Source: Octopus sinensis
Taxonomy: Eukaryota
Length of the DNA stretch: 64,000 nt
Direction: 5' to 3'
Assembly (NCBI RefSeq): GCF_006345805.1
Contig: NC_042999.1
Span: 87,482,001 to 87,546,000, forward strand
Part shown: piece after piece, positions 26,811 through 38,650 of the stretch
How the letters are laid out: each line of letters opens with the position of its first letter
How positions within the stretch are numbered: the first letter of the stretch is position 1
Program-made: the position numbers and the translations under genes
Notes under the pieces: model-generated
What the model saw: only the letters and a program-made list of their open reading frames with translations
Told to the model about the DNA's origin: nothing
The model's database searches: none

Positions 26811-26982
26811 ATATTTATTATTAGATAGTATATATAAAAAAGCTGAAAAAATTTAGAAAGTAATATCGAGAAGAGAAATAGGAGAATGAAAGTGTGTGTA
26901 TGTGCGAGTGTGTGTGTGTGCATGCGTGTGGGTATGCGTGAGAGAAAAGGAAAAGGAGAGGATTTTTGAGAAATAGATAGAC

Positions 26983-27013
<31 letters not shown>

Positions 27014-27179
27014 GAGTTAGTGAGGGATGGAGTGTTGAAACAGGCCGAACAAAAAGCTCTGGAATTTGAGAGAGAGAGAGAGAGATGAATGCAAAAAAAA
27101 GCAAACATGAACGAGAAAACCAAAAAATTAAAATAAACGGAACATAATGCATCAACATTTTTAAAAGATAACAAGAGAT

Positions 27180-27212
<33 letters not shown>

Positions 27213-27266
27213 GGAAGAATGTGTGTGTGCTCGGTCGCTCGCACGCGCTCATGTGTGTGAGAGAGA

Positions 27267-27301
<35 letters not shown>

Positions 27302-27464
27302 TGTGTGTGTGTATGTCAGAGAGAGAGAGAGAGAGAGAGATGTTTTATATTGTCTAATTCATTTCTTCTCTCCATCACCCTAACTTTCTTCCTCTCTGCA
27401 CATACAAATACACGCGCGTATACACACACACGTTCCCATGTACACATACATCCACATACAAACG

Positions 27465-27545
<81 letters not shown>

Positions 27546-28029
27546 ATAACAATGCATGTATGAGATAGAAAGAAAGCGGAAAGCAGAGGTAGAAAGTGAA
27601 AGAACGAAGAAGATAGAGCGAAGATGACAGACGTTCGAAAAGAGAAAGTAAATTGGTTGAAACTAAGGAGAGAATATGTCGACTTAGTGTATGTACACAA
27701 AATAACGAACGTAACGTATTTATTGTGGTCAGTAAATAATTATAAATAGTACATTTGTGAGACTATCCATGATATTTTGATTAGAAAACTTACACACATC
27801 TCTGATCGATAACCACTTACTCTGCTTGTCTAATCGATACCATTCATATTCACTCTTTCTCTGCAAAGAAACTTAGACACAGGCATAATGAAAAAAAGAA
27901 AAGTAAAAAGAACGGAAGGAAAAAAAAACCCCTGAAAAATGTCTCTCAATTTCGAAACTTTGTACAATATACGGACGGGACTGTATTATTAAATTTTTCT
28001 AGTATAAGTACACGACATGATATCTTTGG

Positions 28030-28600
28030 GGAGGATATAGTAAATTACATCGATATCAATGCCCAACTATTATTTAATTTATTGACGCCGAAAGGTCCAA
28101 CTTCGGCAGAATATGTACTTCGAAGGTAAAGACGGACGAAATCCCAATAAGCACTTTGTTCAGCGTGCCTCATGATTCTGTCAGCGAACTGCCTTCAGAA
28201 TATATTATTAATCCTTTCTACTATAGGCACAGGGCCTGAAATTTTTGGGGAGGAGACTATTTGATTACATTGACTCCAGTGTTTCACTGATACTTAATTT
28301 ATCGACCCCGAAAGGAAGGATGGCAAAGTCGACCTCGGCGGAATTTGAACTCGGAATGTACCGCTAAGCATTTCGTCCACCGCGCTAACGATTCTGCCAG
28401 CTCGCCGCCTTAGGATGTAATATTTATGACATAGGATATATCCTGATGACTTTTAAATAATTGTGTCTAACAGTATTAATTGATTCAGGGAATGATCAAA
28501 AGCAAAGGTGGCCTCGGGAAGACTTGAACTCAGATCATAAACAGTCAGAACAAATACCGCAACAATTATTTTCCAACTTCCCAAGGATTCTGCCAATCCG
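28030..28600 (-). mobile_element. Three tandem-oriented SINE copies
   Basis: Best copy 28215-28412 (ggcacagggcctgaaattttt...gattctgccagctcgccgcctt); decayed copies on either side. Confidence 0.7.
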
Positions 28601-29592
28601 TGCACGAACACACACGCGCGCGCGCATGCTCAGAGTGATAATCAGATATTCAACCTGTCAAGATTGGAGTCATTGAATTTCATATGTATATATATATATA
28701 CATACACATACGTATATATAGTATAGCTAATGGACCATTAATTGTAAATACATCGCAACTATTTGTTATAGACAATTTGCTATTTCATTTTGCCTTACTT
28801 AGAGTGCGGCAATGAGGGGGCCGGGCGCACAAGTGGACCATTGAGGTGTTTTCTGTGGGATCTTATGTATAGAGATTTCAAATTTTATGTATTTGTGGGT
28901 CACTTAGTAGTTCATGGCTCTAAGATAATCTTTTATATCACGATTAGTTTAATCTATGTTTACTTAAACATCGCCCGTGATGAAAATAAGGGAATATGCA
29001 GAGATATTTTTGTTATGTAAGATGTGATATAGAATATCTGTAGGCCATGGGGAAATGTAAGAAAAAATGAACCATTACGACAAGAAGTTACTGACAAGTG
29101 GTCTTGGGAAAACATTAACCGAATTGCTAAGGAAAATACTATAATTACGCCCATGTTCGATAACCTCTCGCTCTTTCTCTCTCTTCCCCTCACTCCCCCC
29201 TCTCTCTCTCTCCCTTCTCCCACTTTCCCATTCTTTCCTCCCTTTCCTCCCTTCCTCTCAACATACACTGAAATTAATCCTATAAATTCGAGATATTTGG
29301 AAGTTTGTTTGAAATTCCTTAGTAACTCGCGGGCCCCTAAAAGGTCGTTCTATTTACAATCGTTTCAGTCAAATATCCTTTATATTAAACCCTATCATCT
29401 TGAAAATCAAGTGTCATCCCAGGTACCAGTAAAGGGCTGGACGATCACTGGCAGAAACACAATCCTCAACCGGAACTGCACACGGAACAATGAATTGTCA
29501 GGATTGTAGCTACACGTAAAGCCCGTTGGAGCTGAAGACTTTTATTTTCATATTGTACTAATATTATTAATCTTTAGTTATTCTATGATAAA

Positions 29593-29653
<61 letters not shown>

Positions 29654-29987
29654 TGTATGTATACACATATGTATGTATATATTTAAATACATATATGTCA
29701 GTTACAAGTTAAAATGAGAGTGAACACCACAAACAATTAAGCTGTACACGCTAGTTTATAATTGTCTTCACCAACTCGTATATCATAAAAAGTGATTGCT
29801 GTATGAAAACATAGTGTAGAATTGTTACTTAGGGGGAAGAGCAATCAGCAATATACGGACGGCTCGTTTATCAAACAATAATTGGGACACTAAAGTATAG
29901 CATTGACTTCATGCTGTGTATCATGATAAAGACTGAGTTCATCGCTTTATAGCTCTAAAATATTCCCTACTATAATATATTCTGTTA

Positions 29988-30452
29988 GTAGCTGTGCGGT
30001 AAGTAGCTTGCTTACCAGCCACATGGTTCCGGGTTCAGTCTCACTGCGTGGCACCTTGGGCAAGTGTCTTCTACTATAGCCTTGGGCCGACCAAAGCCTT
30101 GTGAGTGGATTTGGTAGACTGAAGCTGAAAGAAGCCCGTTGTATATAAATATACAACGATCACTTTTGTCGAACCGCTAAGTTACAGGGACGTAAACACA
30201 CTAGTATCGGTTGTCAAGTGATGTTGGGGAGACAAACACAAACACACATGCATATACAGGCACACACATATACATATATACATATATACAACGGGCTTCC
30301 TTCAGTTTCCGTCTACCAAATCCACTCACAAGGCTTTGTTCGAACCGAGGCAATAGTAGAAGATACTTGCCCAAGGTGCCACGCAATGGGACTGAACCCG
30401 GAACCATGTGGCTGGTAAGCAAGCTACGTACTACAGAGCCACTCCTACGCCT
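29988..30452. mobile_element. Inverted (tail-to-tail) pair of CORE-like SINEs
   Basis: Plus copy about 29988-30150 and minus copy about 30170-30452; the head/CORE arms are reverse complements. Confidence 0.85.
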
Positions 30453-30729
30453 AGTAAAAACTAACTAGATACACATAGCAAAAACTAACTAGATACATTA
30501 ATCACATCCACATGTATACATGTATATTAAAAACTAAGTAATTAACATCTATGGTAGTAGCCTTACACGTTGGAATAATGATGTGTTAATAATGCAGGAG
30601 ACACATCAGATACTTTTGCCGTTATTACAAAGGGTAGGAATGTATACTAATGCTGCTCTCCATCTTTCTCGTAACTTGAGTTTATATACGGTCTCGCCAA
30701 TCGGCAGAGCTTTTCAACGTTACCCAAAA

Positions 30730-31390
30730 CGAGAAGTCCAGTGATCTGTCAAAGAGAATTACAGCATACAAATGACGGTGCTCTTGTCGCTCATACGTCA
30801 CAGATAATACAGAAAATCCTTGAAGCGTTCTTCGCAGCATCTAAAATTTTAGATTCCAAGATAAACGTAAAATGGTTTCAAAGTTTATGATATTATAGTG
30901 AAAACTGTACAATACTTTATGTGTACTGTCAGTACAATACCGAAAGATTGATGTCTTGACATAGAGCTACAAAACGAGAATAGCAAAAGGTTGTACAACG
31001 TTTGGATGCTTTGATTATGGCTATGGAACAGTTATATTTCTACAAGAACCAAATGCAAAGACATTGGGCAAGAATCAAGTGAAGAGGATCCATGTCTTTG
31101 TGATGCGACACCTACATCCAGTCATGGAAATCTCTTAGAGTGACATGATTCTCAGCAGTGAAATAAAAGAGTGGGAAGGATTATCATGCTGGAAGATTTG
31201 GATGACCACAAGAAGAAAACCTATGTCAGATGTAGCAACTCATCTGGAAGATTACCCGAGCGCAAAACTATTTTAAGAGCTATGGAAGCATAATTGACCC
31301 GCCTTCTAAAGAATGGGATATAAATTTTAATGTCATGGTCATACGTACTCCATCAAAGAAACTCAATGAGTGATCGCGGTTAAATAACTA
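30730..31390 (+). mobile_element. Decayed RTE-clade LINE reverse-transcriptase remnant
   Basis: From about 30765 reads QHTNDGALVAHTSQIIQKILEAFFAASKILD, matching the RTE RT motif LFADDAALVAH...LQ...FS.A...FGL. Downstream sequence is riddled with stops and frameshifts. Confidence 0.65.
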
Positions 31391-31934
31391 TGAAAGCAAT
31401 CATAATCGCTAGCGACCGACAAAATCAGCAAATGAATACATACATACACACACACACACATACACACACACACATACACACACACACACATATATATATA
31501 TTAATAATGTATACGCATATTTGCATAAAAACACAAACACATATACATGTACATACAAATTGTATTGGTTCATACAAACACTCAAGTACACACCACACAG
31601 ATACAGGCACAGATACACACACACACTCACACACACATTTACGCACACACATACACACAATAGTATAAATATGTATTTTATTGATGCTATTATATTCTCG
31701 TACAATGACTTACAATCAAGCAGATGTGTCTAAAAAAACAATATATAATTGAGGTTGGCGGCACGCAGCGCTTGTAAAGCAAGCTTAAATAAGAACGCTT
31801 AATTCTGCAAACCGTTATCAAAGGCGTTTAATATATTCGGAGCCACCAGGCAAGCTTCTATGTTTGAAATTCTACGAATATTTTATAGCAGACACCGTAG
31901 TGGGATTATACACCATCATGTGTGAAAGTAAATA

Positions 31935-31969
31935 TTTTCAACTTTCTATAATCTTTGTTTAATTTTTAG
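31935..31969 (+). promoter_or_regulatory. Candidate 3' splice site in the 5' UTR of the tektin gene
   Basis: Long pyrimidine/T-rich tract (ttttcaactttctataatctttgtttaattttt) ending in AG at 31968-31969, 27 nt upstream of the ATG at 31997. Confidence 0.5.
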
Positions 31970-31996
31970 GGTATTTTTTGCCTTATTACATATTTT

Positions 31997-33457
31997 ATGA
32001 TCATGTCACTAACCGAAGAACAACATCCAACTGCAACTGGCCAATATAACAAGGCGAACGAATTACCAACAATAATAAATAATGGAAATGGACGGTATAT
32101 GACTACATCAAATTATTTACCATGGAAACCATGTATGAATCCAATTAGAGATATAGAAAATGGTATTGGTAAAACATGTCAGCTTAATAGCATGGAAGCT
32201 TTCCTTGTGCCTCCTACATATCGATGTGTCCGAAATCCTTTACACACTCGAAATACCATCTGCGAATGGGACAGTGCTAATCACACTAATTTTTATCTTT
32301 TGGATTCTCTTCTTGAGAAAGATAAAGCAGCAATTACTGAAAATAGAAGATCATGTAAAGAGGCTGATGATAAAGCTCGTTGGGAACAAAAAGAGAGCAC
32401 GCTTGGTTTGGGAAAGCGCATCTCTGAAGTAATATTTTGGAGGAACCAGATTTTTGCAGAAGCTGATAAAATGCTGAACGAATCAAAAGCCTTAAACGAC
32501 ACCAGAGCTTTGCTTGAAGAACTAAGAGAACTACTTGAAGAAACGCTCAAAGTTGATCGGGATTGCTTGTATCTTAGAGATAAAAGAGAGAAAATGGATC
32601 TTGCCCATGATTTTCTCGAAAAATTGTTAGTTAGCGAAGTTGATTTGATACTGGATTTGAAGGGTAAAATTCAAGGCGAGTTGGACATGATTGCCAATCA
32701 GCAAGCATTAAATCGTTATGCGCAAAGCCACCTCGAAAAAGATATCTCAGATAAATTTACGGCAGAAGAACTTGATGAATCAGCTTATCAGAAGCAGAAT
32801 TCATCTGAAGGGCTGTCTTGTCACAAAGATGTAGGTGTAACTGGTGGTTGTGTCAGCGATCATAAAACTTGGTTAGCTGCTACTCATGAAACAATTAAAC
32901 ATAGTGAGAAAGAGAGAAATGCTTCCGTACTGCTCCGTCGGCACCTCGACTCTTTTATAGACAGATTATGTCACGAAATCTTAGATCACTGGAATAAGAC
33001 AAACGAAGGTTTCCGGATCAGCATTAAAAATACTTTGGATGTTCGAAACAAACTAAAAAACCGCCTTGGTCAACTTATCGCAGAAATGTTTCAGCTCAAT
33101 AAAAGTATAGAATGCATAAGGAAAAGCATTGGGGGTAAAAGAACCCAGTTACATGTTGCAAATACTAGGTTAGAGATACGCCGTAAGCGCCCCAATATGG
33201 AAGCCTGTCGAAGTGGTGCACAGACTAATTTATTTAAAGAAATAGAAGAAATAAAGAAAATAGCAGAAGATCTCCAAACTAAGCTGTGTTATACTGAAAG
33301 TGTTCTCGAAGAAATGAAATCAATGAAAACGTTATTAGAAGAGGAGATCGCCTCAAAAAATAGTGCCCTATATATTGATAGAGAAAAATGCTTAACTCTG
33401 AGGAAATTCTTCCCAGTTTTGAAAGTTTTATCCAGACGGATTTTTCTTTCAAAGTAA
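31997..33457 (+). CDS. TEKT3: Tektin-3-like (Tektin-3/5 class) coiled-coil axonemal microtubule inner protein, single coding exon, 486 aa
   Basis: Uninterrupted 1461-nt ORF, colinear by eye with TEKT3 landmarks over its length: LPWKP (LPWRP), HTRNTICEW (FTRYTPDDW), LGKRISEVIFWR (LGERVNDIGFWK), REKMDLAHD (RMGIDLVHD), LEKDISDK (LEKDLSDK), RPNMEACRS (tektin signature RPNI/VELCRD), LYIDREKC (LYIDQEKC). Exact orthology within the 3/5 clade needs a tree. Confidence 0.92.
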   Translation: MIMSLTEEQHPTATGQYNKANELPTIINNGNGRYMTTSNYLPWKPCMNPIRDIENGIGKTCQLNSMEAFLVPPTYRCVRNPLHTRNTICEWDSANHTNFYLLDSLLEKDKAAITENRRSCKEADDKARWEQKESTLGLGKRISEVIFWRNQIFAEADKMLNESKALNDTRALLEELRELLEETLKVDRDCLYLRDKREKMDLAHDFLEKLLVSEVDLILDLKGKIQGELDMIANQQALNRYAQSHLEKDISDKFTAEELDESAYQKQNSSEGLSCHKDVGVTGGCVSDHKTWLAATHETIKHSEKERNASVLLRRHLDSFIDRLCHEILDHWNKTNEGFRISIKNTLDVRNKLKNRLGQLIAEMFQLNKSIECIRKSIGGKRTQLHVANTRLEIRRKRPNMEACRSGAQTNLFKEIEEIKKIAEDLQTKLCYTESVLEEMKSMKTLLEEEIASKNSALYIDREKCLTLRKFFPVLKVLSRRIFLSK

Positions 33458-34339
33458 TCAAATTGGGTATAATTAACACTGGATGTGTTACATATACTTT
33501 TTAATTTTATAATGATCCTAAGATTTATGTATTATAACCATTTTTTTGTTGAAAATATTTCTTTCCTTCTTTTATAAATACCTCTAGCAACATTAAGTGA
33601 GGCACCATCGTTAACACAGATATTTTCGCATTAATCTGATACTTATACAATTCAGTCAGGTAAATGCTTTTGGAAATCTGTTTTCTTAAAAGTCTTCAGA
33701 AACGGAGGAATATTTCACTTCTGAAATATTCTTTCTCGGACTAAATATTGAAAATGACTTTATAAATCAGAAGTAATCTACTTTCAAGTCTCTTCCTGTG
33801 AAATAATTTTTGCTTTCATATCAAACTACATGAACGCCAATGTTTTTCGCCGAACATAAATGAAGCAGCAATGTTTTTAACTATAACAACATTAGATATA
33901 AGGAATAGATCGACATCAATATTGTTGAATAATAAGCTTGTCAACAAAAGTTCTCAGTCAAACGAGGATGTGATATCACGCTTTCGGTGCCCACTGCTTT
34001 CTTGTGAAATACACATAAAAAAAAATCATGTTGTATATAAAGTTAACCCAGAAAACGCTTTGATAATTTTTCAAAAAGATCTATGTAATCGCATCGTGAG
34101 ATAAAATTTATTTAGTATATTTTGAGTAATTTACTTTTCACTTTGTTGTTCATATGTGTTCTATCTATTAAACTTTAAAATAATTGCAATGGTTGAATGG
34201 TTAAGATTACGATAAATTAATCTGCCACAAAAGCGTATTTGTGTCTTGGATTTCGTAACTTATCCTTTTTAGTTTACGTGAAAACTTGTAGTTAGCTTAT
34301 GTATTTAATACAATAAGACACTAACAGGATTTCATAAAC

Positions 34340-34348
34340 CCATATATA

Positions 34349-34434
<86 letters not shown>

Positions 34435-34442
34435 TATTATAA

Positions 34443-34529
<87 letters not shown>

Positions 34530-34545
34530 GCATATAGATATATGC

Positions 34546-34581
<36 letters not shown>

Positions 34582-34722
34582 AATATATATATATAATATA
34601 TATATATAATATATATTTATGTATATATATATATATATATATATATTTATGTTATATATATATATATTATATTATATATATGTATATATATATACGTATA
34701 TATATATGTATATATATATATC

Positions 34723-34801
<79 letters not shown>

Positions 34802-34885
34802 CTATATATATATATATTATATATATATATATGTATATATATGCATATAGATATATGCATATGTATATATATATATATGTATAGT
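34340..34885. repeat. Long compound (TA)n/(TATG)n microsatellite
   Basis: Direct reading. Confidence 0.95.
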
Positions 34886-35035
34886 TTGAGTATCTACAAG
34901 TAAGTTTGTGTTTCAGTACATGCATATGCAATTCTTTCTTTTTTTTTTATACACAATTTGGAATAATGTTTGATATTGTGACGATTCCAAAATGTTCTCC
35001 CTTGGTTTGTACATATCCTTATCTTCTTTCTAGTT

Positions 35036-35159
35036 CTATATCTTCTTCTTTGCCATCAACTCCGATGAAGTGAAGTTGTCTGTCTGTAGTCTCTTGTGGG
35101 AATCTGAGGTAGATTTTTCCACCACAGACTCATCACTGTGGTACTCTATTGAGTCGCAT
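35036..35159 (-). CDS. Possible terminal coding exon of an unidentified gene
   Basis: After a minus-strand acceptor (cttatatAG) it reads (R)CDSIEYHSDESVVEKSTSDSHKRLQTDNFTSSELMAKKKI*; the antisense in-register frame is also open. No family recognised. Confidence 0.25.
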
Positions 35160-36636
35160 CTATATAAGTTTTATTACATCATTGAAATTAATTCAAATCC
35201 TAGCGGTTTCATCCAATTGCTGCAGACTTACATACATTATGTCGGTGATTATTATTCACTATCAACCATTTGTTATTGACATAAATTTATCTGCTTTGCT
35301 GTTTGGCTATTGTATTGATATTACATCATGTCACTGAAGTGTACGCCTAACCAAATTTCATTGGATACTATTTTTTAATATATGCAGATTTTATGGTATT
35401 TCAGTTTGGTTCTGCCCATATAAAGAATTCCGAAGTTTTTTGATCTTATAATTTACTATTGTTTTTCCTCGTGAGGATAGTTCTTAATGGTGGTGGTGGT
35501 GGTGGTGGTGGTGATGATTATGGCAACAACGACAATGCTGATGCCGACGAGGAAGATGGTGGCGAATGTAATATATAGAGAAAGAGGAGCACTACTGTAC
35601 TGGTTGTGGATGAATGATTTGAAAATCAAGTTGAAAACAATTGAATTTTTATAATATCGTAAGAGACAGCAGATATATTTCGAGAAAGAAAGTAAAAAAA
35701 ATGTGCAAAGCCACAAAAAGGATTCAATAACTAAATGCATCGAATACAACAAAGAAAATGTTTAAATAACAGAAGACATTATAGAGAAGAAACAGCAATG
35801 TACTGTATTTGTTGTTACTAGAAGCCAGAATTGCCACTTTTAATAGATACAAAAGTGTCTGAATTATGTTTTAGTTTTGAAGCAATCTTATTGTTTTTCT
35901 TTTTTTTTAATAACTGTTCGGGAAAAAATCCTTTGATCATCTGAGGCTTCTGTATTGCAATATTGCTTCATAACAGTTACACAGGAACATTAATTGCAAT
36001 AAAGAAATAACACAATACATTGTGATCTCTTGCAAAGAATATAAAGCTTGGTGATGTGCCAATGCTTTACATGTGTTTATTTTTTTTAGCTAGATGAATA
36101 TTTTCATGCATCGATCGAAGAGAGATGGTAGCTTGCATGTTGTATCGTCTTGTTGGGAAGGGTCATTGCATGTTACGACTATGTGAAAGCGAGCGGACCC
36201 TTTTATTTCACACCTTGTGGCGGGAGAAGGATAGTGTGTAAGCAGCATGGATTATTTGATACACATCAAATAAATATCAAAATAGGAAAATTTATGATAA
36301 TTTTGAACGAAGGACAAAAATCAATTTTTACTCGTTAAAGAAATGTATGATGAAGCTAATAACAATCGCATTAACGTTGACCGATTCCAAAGTAGCTTAT
36401 CTGTTGCACCAAATATTACTAGTTGTACTATGAATCTCAAGTAGTATTATAAACAATTAATTAGAGTAAAACTAGCAATGTCAACAGAAATATTCACTTG
36501 TATTAGGTTTCCAGTTTAAATCTCTAACAATAATACAGTCTCCTGTTTGCAGTATAGGATGTTGGCTGTCATATAGGATACCTGATATACTATACACTAC
36601 TAATTACGTCTCAGACTACTAATTAAGCTATACCTG

Positions 36637-36750
36637 ACTAGTTGCACCATAGACCACTAGTTGTACTCTTGGCCTCTGGTTACACGATAGACCACTAGTT
36701 TTTCCATAAGCCTACAGTTTTACTCTAGGCCACTAGTTGTAGTATATGCT
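36637..36750. repeat. Degenerate 19-bp minisatellite, six units
   Basis: actagttgcaccatagacc / actagttgtactcttggcc / tctggttacacgatagacc / actagtttttccataagcc / tacagttttactctaggcc / actagttgtagtatatgct. Confidence 0.8.
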
Positions 36751-37751
36751 TCAAAGTACACTATGGTCTGCCGGGAAATCTTCAGATGCGCTGCTAAATG
36801 TTAAGCATACAATGCAGTGCCAGTTAAAATCCCTGAATGCTTTAGAAGGTCGAGCAAAGTATGATAATCAAGAATAGATAACGGAATAATCTTGTACGCA
36901 GAAATGTCTTGATATCTTCAAAAATTCAAAAATTTGTCTACTTTTGAAATTGTTCCAAGTTTATAACAAGACTACAATCATATTCTGATATTTCAAGATT
37001 AAGCATGAATTTTACCTACTAAATGATTGTTAGTGAGAAATGTGTGCAATATTCGGTGTTTCTGAGGCAAGAACAGCTTACAAAATATGTCAGGTCATCA
37101 CGGAAATATGATGCCTTGATACCTCACTAATCGAATGTCTAATCATCTTAACTAAGTATGTTTTTAAGCATGCCAAAACTTTCAGTTTAGATTCATAGGA
37201 AGTCGGTGACAGTTTAACATGAAAACAGTACAACATTTTATAGTTTGATAGAGCTTTTGTAATGAGAATTAATACTTCTCAGTATCCTTTAAGTATTTAT
37301 AGAAAGATAAGATACAAAATGCACAAACAATTTCAAGAAGGCTCTTTCATAACATTACGATAGCATTGTTGGGTGATAACCAATTAAAATGCTCAGGAGA
37401 GTCATTTAGAGAATGTCTTAGGTTGGGGATGTTGACTGAATCAGAAAAAGTCTCTTTATTGTTTGGTTAACAAAGTTTGAAACATTTAGACACGTTTGAC
37501 CGACAAGAGAATTATAAAAAGCATCGCTTTTCTTCTTTAATGAATAGTATCAGCAGGACAGATTTAAAGAAAGAAAGGAGTGCTACAGTTTTTGGCTTTA
37601 TATAATTAGTGTTCTACCATCGTTTGTTGGTGTCTTGGAAATAGAAACTTGATTGATATACAGAAAAGAAGGCGGCTTTTTTGTGGTCGGAAGGGAAGAA
37701 ATCACATACTTGCCTTTCAATGTGCTTACGCCCTTATTAGTTTGTATATGT

Positions 37752-37842
<91 letters not shown>

Positions 37843-37853
37843 TTCTCTCTGTT

Positions 37854-37931
<78 letters not shown>

Positions 37932-37934
<3 letters not shown>

Positions 37935-38300
37935 GCTTGCTTACGAACCACATGGTTCCGGGTTCAGTCCCATTGTGTGGCACCTTGGGCAAGTGTTTTC
38001 TACTATAGCCTCGGGCCGACCAAAGCCTTGTGAGTGGATTTGGTAGACGGAAACTGAAAGAAGCCCGTCGTATATATGTATATATGTGTGTATATATGTT
38101 TGTGTGTCTGTGTTTGTCCCCCCAACATCGCTTGACAACCGATGCTGGTGTGTTTACGTCCCTGTAACTTAGCGGTTCGGCAAAAGAGACCGATAGAATA
38201 AGTACTAGGCTTACAAAGATAAGTCCTGGGTCGATTTGCTCGACTAAAGGCGGTGCTTCAGCATGGCCACAGTCAAATGACTGAAACAAGTAAAAGAGTA
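37932..38300 (+). mobile_element. CORE-like SINE, near full length
   Basis: gcttgcttacgaaccacatggttccgggttcagtccc...gtggcaccttgggcaagtg...gcatggccacagtcaaatgactgaaacaagtaaaagag. Confidence 0.9.
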
Positions 38301-38329
38301 TAGTATGTATGTGTGTGTGTGCGTGCATG

Positions 38330-38650
38330 TGAAGGCGTGTGGTTTAGTGGTTAGTTAGGGACACGATTGTAAGATGGTGAGTTCAATTCACAGCAGTGCC
38401 TTGTATCCTTGAGCAAAACATTTTATTTCACGTCGTCTCCCGTCCACTCACATGGAAAAAATGAGTTGTACTTGTAATTCAGAGGACCAGCCTTATTACA
38501 TTCTGTCCCACGCTAAATCTCCCCGAGATCTTCGTTAAGGGTTCGCATGGTTATGGAGGGCTCGGCCACTTACACGTTAATTTCACGAGCAGGTTGTTCC
38601 GGTGATCAGATGATCAACTAGAACCCACATTGTCGTAACCAACGGAGTGG
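38330..38650 (+). mobile_element. Third SINE family (V/Meta-SINE-like central domain)
   Basis: gtgaaggcgtgtggtttagtggtta...gagttcaattc (A/B boxes), then tgtatccttgagcaaaacattttatttcacg...gtccactc. Related minus-strand copies at about 2240-2420, 17925-18090 and 50745-50985. Confidence 0.65.

Noticed and set aside
32160-33479. Short alternative-frame and antisense ORFs overlapping the tektin CDS
   Set aside because: Shadow ORFs of the real gene, with no independent features.
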